DNA of 64,000 nt, taken from positions 1,984,001 to 2,048,000 of the forward strand of contig OZ243972.1 of the NCBI GenBank assembly GCA_965214705.1, given 5' to 3'. Positions 20,218 to 29,059 of the stretch are shown piece by piece. Source of the stretch: Alphaproteobacteria bacterium (lineage in GTDB: Bacteria > Pseudomonadota > Alphaproteobacteria > UBA828). Position 1 is the stretch's first letter, and each line of letters begins with the position of its first letter. The notes under the pieces were generated by a model. That model was not told the origin of the DNA. It did no database searches and saw only the letters and a program-made list of their open reading frames with translations. A program made the position numbers and the translations under genes.

Positions 20218-23200
20218 CTACAGATAGAGATACCGGTAATCCATCAACAGATACGCCAGAACCACGACCCACGAGTAGGCGGTATAGTGAGTATCCTCGA
20301 AGTCGGTACTCTGCATGAAGGAATCTTCACGATCCCAATCTAGTTCATAGTAGAGGTTCCCGTTTTCATCAAATTTCTCCAATATGATATCATCCAATAT
20401 TCCGTCAAAGAAATGTATGTCGTCATATCCACATTCCCACCAAAGAAAGTAATTCATTTCTGAATCTTGTCTACGTTCAGCGATATCAAGAAAGAGCTCG
20501 AATGCGGCGTCTACGTCCGGGGAGTAAGGCGTAACTTCAATGCCCAAGAGTTTGTCATACAACTCAACCATCTTGCCCCTGATCGCCTGGGCGCCGCTGC
20601 CGGAATTCGTTGCATTCAGCACGACTATATCCAGCCGGGGAAGTTCATCTCCGGCCTGATTGGCCCATGCGACGACCTCGATCGTGTATCGTCCTGCCGT
20701 CGGCACGCTGATCGGGACATCCAACGAGCCTTCACAGTGAAGCGAGAAAGTTTCATCGAGTGGACGGTTGCAGTCATCTATCGGCTCCATTGTTTCGAGC
20801 TCGTAACTGGCAACGATTCGGCCCGCTGCGTTGCGCAGATCGAGGCGATCGAGATGAACACTGCGATCCGTCGCAGAACTAACGCCATAATAGTCGTTCA
20901 GGTAGCTCAATCTCACCGTGTGAGAACCTTCGGCGAGCGAGCCTTCGAGCGACAAGGTCTCTCTCCCCGTATGGGAGGCAGCCTCGATCTCGAACGATGC
21001 ACCAAAATTCAGGTCCGGTCTGGTAGAGCGGTCGATGCCCCCAAACAGGCGGCGCCCCTTATCTGGCAACAGATAAAGCTCGCGCAGTACGACTGGACAA
21101 CTGGTCTTCGCAGCGTGTCTCTTAGCCACACCGGCCATGACCGACGTCGCGTTCCGCGCGCGTTCAGTGATCCCGTCCGAGTCGATACCGCCATAAAGTA
21201 ACTTGAATTCTCTATCGAGGCGGCGGGACTGAGCAGCACAATCTTCCCTGCAATCGGTTCTGATATACCGGCCCCACTGATAGCCGGTCAGGGCGGCGGT
21301 CTTGCTCGCCAACTCTTCTGGCGTCAGCAGCCGGCGTGCACCGGCATCGCGCAGCGCAACCCCGCGCACAGGATCGGCGAGGCCGAGCGCATCCGCCCTG
21401 AACCACTTTGAGAGCACCATCTCGACCAGCAGGTCCTTGAGGTTGTAGCGCGCTCCAAAACGGAAGCCCTGCCGGAACCCGTCCGCCAGCCGCCTCACCT
21501 CGGCGCCCTGGGCATTGGCAGCGAGAAGCTGGCCATCGAAATCGGCGTCGCCTTCTTCCGCCGGCGGCTCCGCCACCTCGCTCCCCATGACCGCCGGCCA
21601 CCAGAACTTGACCGTCGCCTCGGCGAAGCGCGGGTCAGCGACGATCTTCCGCGCCAACCACTGCAGACTGTCCTCGCCCTCCGGCGCCTGCTCGCCGCCG
21701 AAGCCGGGGATTCGCATGTCACGATACCACGTGTCGCCCTGTTCATACGGATTGGCGATGAGCGCCAGCCTGGCATACCCATCGTCGCCGTACCGCACAT
21801 CATGCCCGGTCGACCAGGCAACCACTTCGGCGCTGAAAACACCCGACTCCGGAACATTGATGTCGATACGCAGCGCGCACTCGTCGCCACCCCAATTCAG
21901 TCTGAGGTATTCCCCGTGCCCGGTGGCAGAATTATTCGGCTTATCCGCACAATGGGCCTCCCAATCCTCCCCTGGTGGGAGCGGCGGATCCAAGTCCTCG
22001 AACTCCACGCTTGTAACCCGTCGTCCCTGATCATCGAGCACGTCAAGACGGTCGAGATATACGTGACCTCGGTAGTGGGCTTCTCCGTCGTCGTAGTACC
22101 AAGGGTTCGTGTAAGTCGCCTTTATCGACTGGGTGCCGGCCGACAGCGCCAGCGGCCAAGTCAGCGTCTCCCTATCTTGCCAGGATGTGGCTTCGACATT
22201 CTGTTGGGTTCCAAAATCATTCTTGTAGAGTTCATGAAGCGAATCCACGCCGCCACGCTGATCCTTGTAAAGTCCTTCGTCGCCATAGTCCTGGAACGCC
22301 CCTGCGACGGGATCCATGACGGTGTGGCAGACGGTGCAGGCCGGGTTGCGCATGGTTGGATTGTTCGTGTCCGCCAGTGCGACCGCGTCCATGGTCCGCG
22401 AGGCGGAGTTCTCGATATCCACGCCGAGAAAGTGATAGTAGGTCCAGCGCGCCCGCGCCCGGTTGCGGTTGGTGGCCGTCGTGGGATAGCGCTTGAGGAA
22501 CGTCGTCGTATTGAGAATACCGGCGTGTGGATAATTTGTGCGCAGGGAACCCGGATCAGTAATGAGTGTTGCGCCAATTATGGGATCATATTCATGTATG
22601 AAATCCTCACCTTCCCGATAGTAAGAGACTATTTTTGACGGCTTGAACTCTCGGGGATCATCAGCATCGTCGAACGTCGTCGAGGCACCGTAGGCTTTCG
22701 CCGAATACGGGTTGGCCATGATGTAGTCGGCTGTCAGGATTTCCGTGTAGGGACGGTCGTTCTCTACTACATACGCAATCAACTCCAGAGGCGCTCGGCG
22801 CGCACCATGCTGCACTCTTCGCGCCCAGTGGCCAAAAATGTCATCGTTTCCACTCGCTTGAGCTGCCTTCTTTTGACGATATTCTTCTCTGATATAATCG
22901 ACGAACTGGATGCCGCCGATGATTCCCCCGTCGTCTCTATCAGTGAGCAGCCTGTCGTTCGCACCTCTGATGATGAACTCGTGGAACTCGGGCCCTGTCA
23001 TGAGGTTGCGGATGGTTCTGCGCAGCGCCGTGGGGCCGGTGTAGATCGAGGCGTACTCCGCCTCCGTCGGGATGCGGCCCGCGAATATCAGCGCCGCCCG
23101 GCGCAGCGTCTTGCGCAACGACGCCATCCGCACGGGATCGAACAGCGTCTCAACCGTGATCGCCGCAGGTACGACGTCCGCATCCAGCTTCCCCAGGAAG

Positions 23201-25461
23201 CGCTCCATCTGCGCGAACTCCGCGCTGTCTGCCGGCACCTGTGCCCCGCCTCCGTGCGACACCCCCTGGATCTTGCTCAGGATGAGAGACGCCCCGCTCT
23301 CGACCTCCGACAGGTAGGTCTCGAAGGCCGCAAGGTTCAGCGCCTCGTGGTCCGCAGTCGTGGACGGCGCGAACACCAGGCGCGTGTTGCCCGACACGCC
23401 GCCTTCCACATGGCAGGCGATGCACTTCGACTGCACCACCGCCTCCGAGATGTGCTGGCCGAACAGCGCCGACGGGCCGTCAAGCTTCCCGAGGAAGCGC
23501 TCCACCTCCGCAAATGCCGCGCTCCCCGCCGGAACCGGCGCCCCACCCCCGTGCGACACACCCTGGATCTTGTTCAGGATGACAGAGGTCCCGCCGTCCA
23601 CCTCCGACAGGAAAGTCGAAAAGGCCGCAAGGTTCAGCGCCTCGTGGTCCGCCGTCGAGGAACGCTCGAACACCAGGCGGGTATTGCCCGACACGCCCCC
23701 TTCCACGTGGCAGGCGATACAGAGCGACTGAACCACCGGCCCCGAGATTTGCTCACCGAACACCGCCGCCGCCGTCGCCGTGTCCCCGGACCCTCCCGAC
23801 GCATCCGCCAGTGCGCCAAGGCTGGCGTTCGGTGCCGTGGAGAGATTGGCAAGATGCCCGCTCGGGCCGGACAGCAGGCTCATCACCTGCAGACGCCGGT
23901 TCGCCGTCACCCCCAGGTGCCATTCACCCTCGCCATCGCCGAACGAGCCCGAAAGCCCCGTCCCCGTGCCCTCCTCAAGCTCCGATACCGTCACCTCGCG
24001 CGACGCGCCTGCCGCCAGCGTCATCTGCACCGCGCCGCCAGCCATCGCGCCCGTGCCGTCAACGCCCCGGATGGTGATCCCAGCCTCCGTCGCCGACGGA
24101 TTGATCAGCCGGAGCGTCCCCGTCTGCCCCGGTGTCTCCGCCGCGTCCAGAAGCGTCACCTGGTGACCCCACGCCCGGCGCGGCACCAGGTCGTGCATCG
24201 CCGACAGAAGACCGTCCTGAACACCCAGCGGGTGGACATAGGAGAGAACCGCAATGTCGAGCGAGGTGCTCAGCCGCAGCCGCCAGTCCCCGCTGCCCGC
24301 GCCGGTGCCCACGGAAAGACCCTTCGCCGCACTGCCCTCCTCGAGCTTGCCGGAGTTGATGACGAGGCTTTCCAGCGCGCCGATCCAAAGCGTCACCGGC
24401 CCGTACGACGTCCCCGTGTCGTCGATCGCCTCGATGCTCACACTGCCGAACTGGTTCGTGCGGTTGACGATGCGCAGCACGCCTTCGAGGTCCGTGCGCG
24501 AGGCCGAGGGGAACAGGCCCACCGTGTGGATCGTCGTCGCCCCGTCGCCGCCGTCCACCGCAGCAACCGGACCGCTCGACAGGTTGCTCATCGCCCCGCT
24601 GCTCGAACTCGCCAGCAGGTTCATCACCGCGATCGGCCGGTCCGCCGTCACCACCAGACGCCACCGCCCCGATCCATCGCCGAGCGACCCGCTCAGACCA
24701 TCGCCGTCCCCCGTCTCAAGCTCGGACGCCGTGACCATCCGCGACGCCCGTGCCGGTAGAGACAGGCGCACGGCTCCACCCGGCGAGGCGCCCTCATCAT
24801 CGATCCCCTCGACGGTCACCGCCGCCGCCATAGCGCCGGGGTTGATCAGGCGCAACCGGCTCACCTGCCCGGTGGCGCTCGCGGGATTGAACAGGGCGAT
24901 CCGGTAGCCCGAGCCCCCCTGCCGCACAACGTCCTGCATCCCGCTCACCAGACCGGCCTCGGTCCGGGCGTAGGAGAGGACCTCGATATCCAGCGTGCTG
25001 CTCAGCTCCAGGCGCCAGGCACCTGTGCCTGCGCCGGTGCCTGAGCGGAAGCCCGTCTCCGTATCCCCTTCCTCGAGATCGCCCGCATCGAAATGCACCG
25101 TCTCGCCGGCGCCGATGGCCAGCGTCACCGGCCCATGGCGCAAGCCCGTATCGTCGTAGGCCACAATGCTGACCGTGCCTGCCGCCATCGCGTGATTGAT
25201 GACACGCACATGGCCGACGCTGCCCGTCGCCGTCGACTGCGTGAGAAGCGGCACCGTGAGCGTAGAGGACGCACCGGTCGAGGTCGTCGCCGTGCGATCA
25301 ACCGCGCCATAAACAAACGCAGCGGACACGCAAAAAACTCCGGCGAACACCACAGGAATCGCCAGAGACTTGCGCAGGCCTCGTATCAGTCGCCGCGGAT
25401 ATAGCCCCGCGACCGCAGCCAGCCATGTTCTTGCCAGCATCCTAACCTGCCAGAATCTCAA
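20218..25461 (-). CDS. large exported repeat protein with three CxxCH motifs and DUF1588/1592-like core
   Basis: Signal-like N-terminus, 4 beta-rich repeats, CIACH x2, CTVCH, HAGILNT...RYPTTATNRNRARA; coupled to DUF1501 gene. Confidence 0.8.
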   Translation of the reverse strand: MRFWQVRMLARTWLAAVAGLYPRRLIRGLRKSLAIPVVFAGVFCVSAAFVYGAVDRTATTSTGASSTLTVPLLTQSTATGSVGHVRVINHAMAAGTVSIVAYDDTGLRHGPVTLAIGAGETVHFDAGDLEEGDTETGFRSGTGAGTGAWRLELSSTLDIEVLSYARTEAGLVSGMQDVVRQGGSGYRIALFNPASATGQVSRLRLINPGAMAAAVTVEGIDDEGASPGGAVRLSLPARASRMVTASELETGDGDGLSGSLGDGSGRWRLVVTADRPIAVMNLLASSSSGAMSNLSSGPVAAVDGGDGATTIHTVGLFPSASRTDLEGVLRIVNRTNQFGSVSIEAIDDTGTSYGPVTLWIGALESLVINSGKLEEGSAAKGLSVGTGAGSGDWRLRLSTSLDIAVLSYVHPLGVQDGLLSAMHDLVPRRAWGHQVTLLDAAETPGQTGTLRLINPSATEAGITIRGVDGTGAMAGGAVQMTLAAGASREVTVSELEEGTGTGLSGSFGDGEGEWHLGVTANRRLQVMSLLSGPSGHLANLSTAPNASLGALADASGGSGDTATAAAVFGEQISGPVVQSLCIACHVEGGVSGNTRLVFERSSTADHEALNLAAFSTFLSEVDGGTSVILNKIQGVSHGGGAPVPAGSAAFAEVERFLGKLDGPSALFGQHISEAVVQSKCIACHVEGGVSGNTRLVFAPSTTADHEALNLAAFETYLSEVESGASLILSKIQGVSHGGGAQVPADSAEFAQMERFLGKLDADVVPAAITVETLFDPVRMASLRKTLRRAALIFAGRIPTEAEYASIYTGPTALRRTIRNLMTGPEFHEFIIRGANDRLLTDRDDGGIIGGIQFVDYIREEYRQKKAAQASGNDDIFGHWARRVQHGARRAPLELIAYVVENDRPYTEILTADYIMANPYSAKAYGASTTFDDADDPREFKPSKIVSYYREGEDFIHEYDPIIGATLITDPGSLRTNYPHAGILNTTTFLKRYPTTATNRNRARARWTYYHFLGVDIENSASRTMDAVALADTNNPTMRNPACTVCHTVMDPVAGAFQDYGDEGLYKDQRGGVDSLHELYKNDFGTQQNVEATSWQDRETLTWPLALSAGTQSIKATYTNPWYYDDGEAHYRGHVYLDRLDVLDDQGRRVTSVEFEDLDPPLPPGEDWEAHCADKPNNSATGHGEYLRLNWGGDECALRIDINVPESGVFSAEVVAWSTGHDVRYGDDGYARLALIANPYEQGDTWYRDMRIPGFGGEQAPEGEDSLQWLARKIVADPRFAEATVKFWWPAVMGSEVAEPPAEEGDADFDGQLLAANAQGAEVRRLADGFRQGFRFGARYNLKDLLVEMVLSKWFRADALGLADPVRGVALRDAGARRLLTPEELASKTAALTGYQWGRYIRTDCREDCAAQSRRLDREFKLLYGGIDSDGITERARNATSVMAGVAKRHAAKTSCPVVLRELYLLPDKGRRLFGGIDRSTRPDLNFGASFEIEAASHTGRETLSLEGSLAEGSHTVRLSYLNDYYGVSSATDRSVHLDRLDLRNAAGRIVASYELETMEPIDDCNRPLDETFSLHCEGSLDVPISVPTAGRYTIEVVAWANQAGDELPRLDIVVLNATNSGSGAQAIRGKMVELYDKLLGIEVTPYSPDVDAAFELFLDIAERRQDSEMNYFLWWECGYDDIHFFDGILDDIILEKFDENGNLYYELDWDREDSFMQSTDFEDTHYTAYSWVVVLAYLLMDYRYLYL
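23182..23760 (-). repeat. 297-bp tandem duplication encoding a 99-aa CxxCH domain
   Basis: FGEQISGPVVQSLCIACH...GKLD / FGQHISEAVVQSKCIACH...GKLD. Confidence 0.9.
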
Positions 25462-25487
25462 CCGACCCGGCCCATAAAACCACTAGA

Positions 25488-27647
25488 CCCAAGTTGGCAC
25501 TTTTTCCGGTTGCTCAATGCCGGTCTGCCCATATTTTGCGGACCGAAGTACCACATATTGGGGTAGCTCCGAGATGATGCCACTATATGTGTAATTGAGG
25601 CGCTGGAAGCGCGTTGTAGTGCCAGGAGTTGTTAGGTATTGACGATTTTCCCTTGACCCCAGACCCCAAGCCGACAAATCTTGGCCCCTCGCAACAATCT
25701 CGCGACGGGCGACATGTTCATCAGGGCAACCAAGACCCACACCACCGACGGCAAGCCCGTCCGAAGCCATCGCCTCGTGCTTTCCCAGCGCATCGGCGAC
25801 AAGGTCAGGCAGCGCACGCTCCTCAACCTCGGCACCGACTATCCGGTGCCGAAGGAGAAATGGCGCGAAGTGGCCGAACTCGCCGAGGCGCTGCTGCACG
25901 GCCGCCCGCCGCTGCTCCAAGCCGTCCCGGACGTGCAGGCCGCAGCCGAGGACATCGTCGCCAAGCTCAGGGCCAGGGGGTTCCGCGTCGAGGCGATGCA
26001 GGAAGAGGCGCGCAAGCCCGAGATCGCCACCGTCGACCTCGATACCCTGGAGCACGAGAACCCGCGCACCGTCGGCTGCGAGCGCCTGTGCCTCAAGGCC
26101 CTCGACGACCTTGGCTTCGCCGACATCCTCCACGGCCTTGGCATCAAAGGCCGAGACGGGCGCATCGCGAGCGCGCTGATCGTCGCCAGGATGGTCCATC
26201 CCGCCAGCGAGCGTGATACCAGCCGCTGGCTCCGCCACGACAGCGCGGCCGCCGAGCTCCTGGGCCTGGAGGGCGACCGCAAGGCGCTGCGGCGCAAGAC
26301 GCTCTACCGCATCGGCGACCTGCTCTGGCGCCACCGGGCCGCCATCCAGAGGGAACTGTTCAACCGTGAGCGCGCGCTGCTCGACCTGCCCGAGACGATC
26401 GCCTTCTACGATCTCACCAACGTCCACTACCACGGCCACACCCACGGCGAGCTTCCCAGGTTCGGGCGCTCCAAGCAGAAGCGCGACGACTGTCCCCTCA
26501 TCACGCTGGCGCTGGCGCTCGACGGCGCGGGCTTCCCGCGCAGTTGCGAGATCCTGCCGGGCAACGTGAGCGAGCCGGGCACGCTGCACGAGGCGCTGGC
26601 GCGGCTCGAGGCGGTGTGCGGCGGCACGGCGGCGAAGCCCACGGTGGTCATGGATGCGGGCATCGCCACCGAGGAAAACATCGTCTGGCTGGGCGAGCAG
26701 GGCTACGACTGGATCGCGGTCAGCCGCGGTGCCAGGCCTGCGCCGCCCGAGGGCGGACCCGAGGCCCTGCTGATCACCAGCGCGCGCCACGAGGTGCGGG
26801 CCTGGCGGCTTGCCAGCGAGGACGGCGAGGCGCGGCTCTACGTCGTCAGCGAGGGCAAGAAGAAGGCCGAGAACGCGATCATCGGCCTGAGGCGGAACCG
26901 CTTCGAGGCGGCGCTGGAAAGGCTCCACAGCGGCCTCCCGGTCAAGCGCCGCCTCAAGCGCTACGACAAGGTGCTGGAGAGCATAGGCCGCCTCAAGCAG
27001 CGCTTCTCCGCCGTCGCCAGGCACTACGAGATCACGGTCGAGAAGGCGAAAACCGGCCCCAATGCCACCGCCGTGCGCTTCAAGCGCAGGCCGCGATACG
27101 ACGAGGCCGATGAGGGCGCCGGCGCCTATGTGCTGCGCACCAGCCACGTCGACTGGGATATCGAGACGGTCCTGCGGACGTACTGGCGGATCACGGATAT
27201 CGAGGCGACATTCAAGAGCCTAAAATCCGAGCTCGGCCTTCGCCCGATCTGGCACCAGCTCGACCGGCGCATCGCGGCCCACCTGCTGATCGCCGTGCTG
27301 GCCTACCACGCCGTGCATCTGATCCGTACCCGGCTGGCCGCGCGCGGCATCCACAAGTGCTGGGCATCGATCCGCGAGAGCATGCGGACCTGGGTGCGGA
27401 TCACCACGCGCCTGCGCCAGACCGACGGCACGTTGATCGTCAATCGACAGGACACGCGCCCGGCCGCTGAGGTAGCCGCAATCTCCTCGGCGGCGGGCGT
27501 GGAACCCGCCATCCACCGCACGAGGACCCGCCTGCCGAACTGACAGAATCCAACAAAATGTAGTGCCATGTTGGAATCGGCCGAGAGAAATATCGCGTTA
27601 CATCAACATGATAAAGGACATGGGTAGGACAAAAGTGCCAACCTGGG
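25488..27647 (+). mobile_element. IS1634-family element, copy 1 (2160 bp)
   Basis: IRs CCCAAGTTGGCACTTTT / AAAAGTGCCAACCTGGG; 4-bp flanking duplication TAGA. Confidence 0.92.
25714..27543 (+). CDS. IS1634-family DDE transposase
   Basis: MFIR...RQRTLLNLG, FYDLTN, FGRSKQKRDD, VMDAG, IEATFKSLKSELGLRPIWH. Confidence 0.93.
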   Translation: MFIRATKTHTTDGKPVRSHRLVLSQRIGDKVRQRTLLNLGTDYPVPKEKWREVAELAEALLHGRPPLLQAVPDVQAAAEDIVAKLRARGFRVEAMQEEARKPEIATVDLDTLEHENPRTVGCERLCLKALDDLGFADILHGLGIKGRDGRIASALIVARMVHPASERDTSRWLRHDSAAAELLGLEGDRKALRRKTLYRIGDLLWRHRAAIQRELFNRERALLDLPETIAFYDLTNVHYHGHTHGELPRFGRSKQKRDDCPLITLALALDGAGFPRSCEILPGNVSEPGTLHEALARLEAVCGGTAAKPTVVMDAGIATEENIVWLGEQGYDWIAVSRGARPAPPEGGPEALLITSARHEVRAWRLASEDGEARLYVVSEGKKKAENAIIGLRRNRFEAALERLHSGLPVKRRLKRYDKVLESIGRLKQRFSAVARHYEITVEKAKTGPNATAVRFKRRPRYDEADEGAGAYVLRTSHVDWDIETVLRTYWRITDIEATFKSLKSELGLRPIWHQLDRRIAAHLLIAVLAYHAVHLIRTRLAARGIHKCWASIRESMRTWVRITTRLRQTDGTLIVNRQDTRPAAEVAAISSAAGVEPAIHRTRTRLPN

Positions 27648-27664
27648 TAGAGAAGAGCCACTTG

Positions 27665-28111
27665 CAAGGTTAAGGGTTGCGCAGGTTCTCGAGAGAGAGC
27701 CTGCGCAACCCTTTTGAACGGAGGCGCGGGCCACGAGAGGCGAAGTTGAGCTAAGTGGAAAGAGCGCTGATGTCAGCGTCAGGCGGCATCCACCGGCAGC
27801 AGGGTTGCGCATGAGATCGCGCTCGCGCCCGTCTTTCGGCAGGCATGCGGGCGCACGCTGCGAGGACTGAGCGGAGTGTGAGCCGAGGGCTGTCACCCCG
27901 GCTCAAGCGGAGACAGGTTCGGTCGTGCGTCGGCGCTTTGGCGCCGTTGCGCGGGGCCGAAGTGAGCGGCCGTCTCACGGTTTCCCCCTGTGGTTCGGCG
28001 GCAGCGCCGGCGGGCCGCACGTCGAGCGGGGCTCATGGCGGCGGTGGATTTCGCGGACGAGGCGCATGACGCCGCCGCAGTGGGGGCAGGCCACGGGCGC
28101 GGCGTCGATCT
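27665..28111 (-). mobile_element. remnant of the downstream end of an element-B-like IS91 element
   Basis: Aligns with 4902-5349, including hairpin, 14-mer and the last transposase codons (ACPHCGGVMR). Confidence 0.9.
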
Positions 28112-28128
28112 AGTCACCTGAATCTAAA

Positions 28129-28892
28129 CCCAAGTTGGCACTTTTCCGCTGTCTGTGTTCCCTATTGGTTTGATTCAACGCGATATATTTCTCGGCTGAA
28201 TCCAACATGGCCCCACATTTTGTGAGATTCTGTCAGCTTGGCAGGCGGGTCCTCGTGCGGTGGATGGCGGGGTCCACGCCCGCCGCCGAGGAGATTGCGG
28301 CAACCTCGGCGGCCGGGCGCGTGTCCTGGCGGTTGACGATCAAGGTGCCGTCGGTCTGGCGCAGGCGCGTGGTGATCCGCACCCAGGTCCGCATGCTCTC
28401 GCGGATCGATGCCCAGCACTTGTGGATGCCGCGCGCGGCCAGCCGGGTGCGGATCAGATGCACGGCGTGGTAGGCCAGGACGGCGATCAGCAGGTGGGCC
28501 GCGATGCGCCGGTCGAGCTGGTGCCAGATCGTGCGAAGGCCGAGCTCGGATTTCAAGCTTCGGAATGTCGCCTCGATATCCGTGATCCGCCAGTACGTCC
28601 GCAGGACCGTCTCGATGTCCCAGCCGACGTGGCTGGTGCGCAGCACATAGGCGCCCGCGCCCTCGTCGGCCTCGTCGTATTGCGGCCTGCGCTTGAAGCG
28701 CACGGCAGTGGCGTTGGGGCCGGTTTTCGCCTTCTCGACCGTGATCTCGTAGTGCCTGGCGACGGCGGAGAAGCGCTGCTTGAGGCGGCCTATGCTCTCC
28801 AGGACCTTGTCGTAGCGCTTGAGGCGGCCCTTGACCGGGAGGCCGCCGAGGAGCCTTTCCAGCGCCGCCTCGAAGCGGTTCCGCCGCAGGCC
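28129..28892 (-). mobile_element. 3' fragment of a divergent IS1634 isoform
   Basis: IR CCCAAGTTGGCAC at 28129; transposase C-terminus GLRRNRFE...RTRLPS fused to intron sequence. Confidence 0.9.
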
Positions 28893-29059
28893 CAGGTTCC
28901 CTTTGTACAAACTGCCGTATCCGGTCAGCCGCTTGTGACACGCTCTCCCGGTCCTGCGTCCGGCGCGTGCTTTGGCTTTCCAGATTCCCCTTGGGCTCGG
29001 CCCTTGGCTCCACCGGCTCCGCCGGGGCAGGTGCCCCATTGTTCGCCGGCTTCATCGCT

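Noticed and set aside
22807-24759. Long antisense ORFs (also 43023-44834, 48852-50489, 25483-27147)
   Set aside because: Shadow frames of GC-rich genes on the opposite strand, with no motifs.
20218-25461. ApbE flavinylation sites (TGAS, SGAS) in the giant protein
   Set aside because: Short motifs in Gly/Ser/Thr-rich context without the usual preceding Asp; expected by chance.
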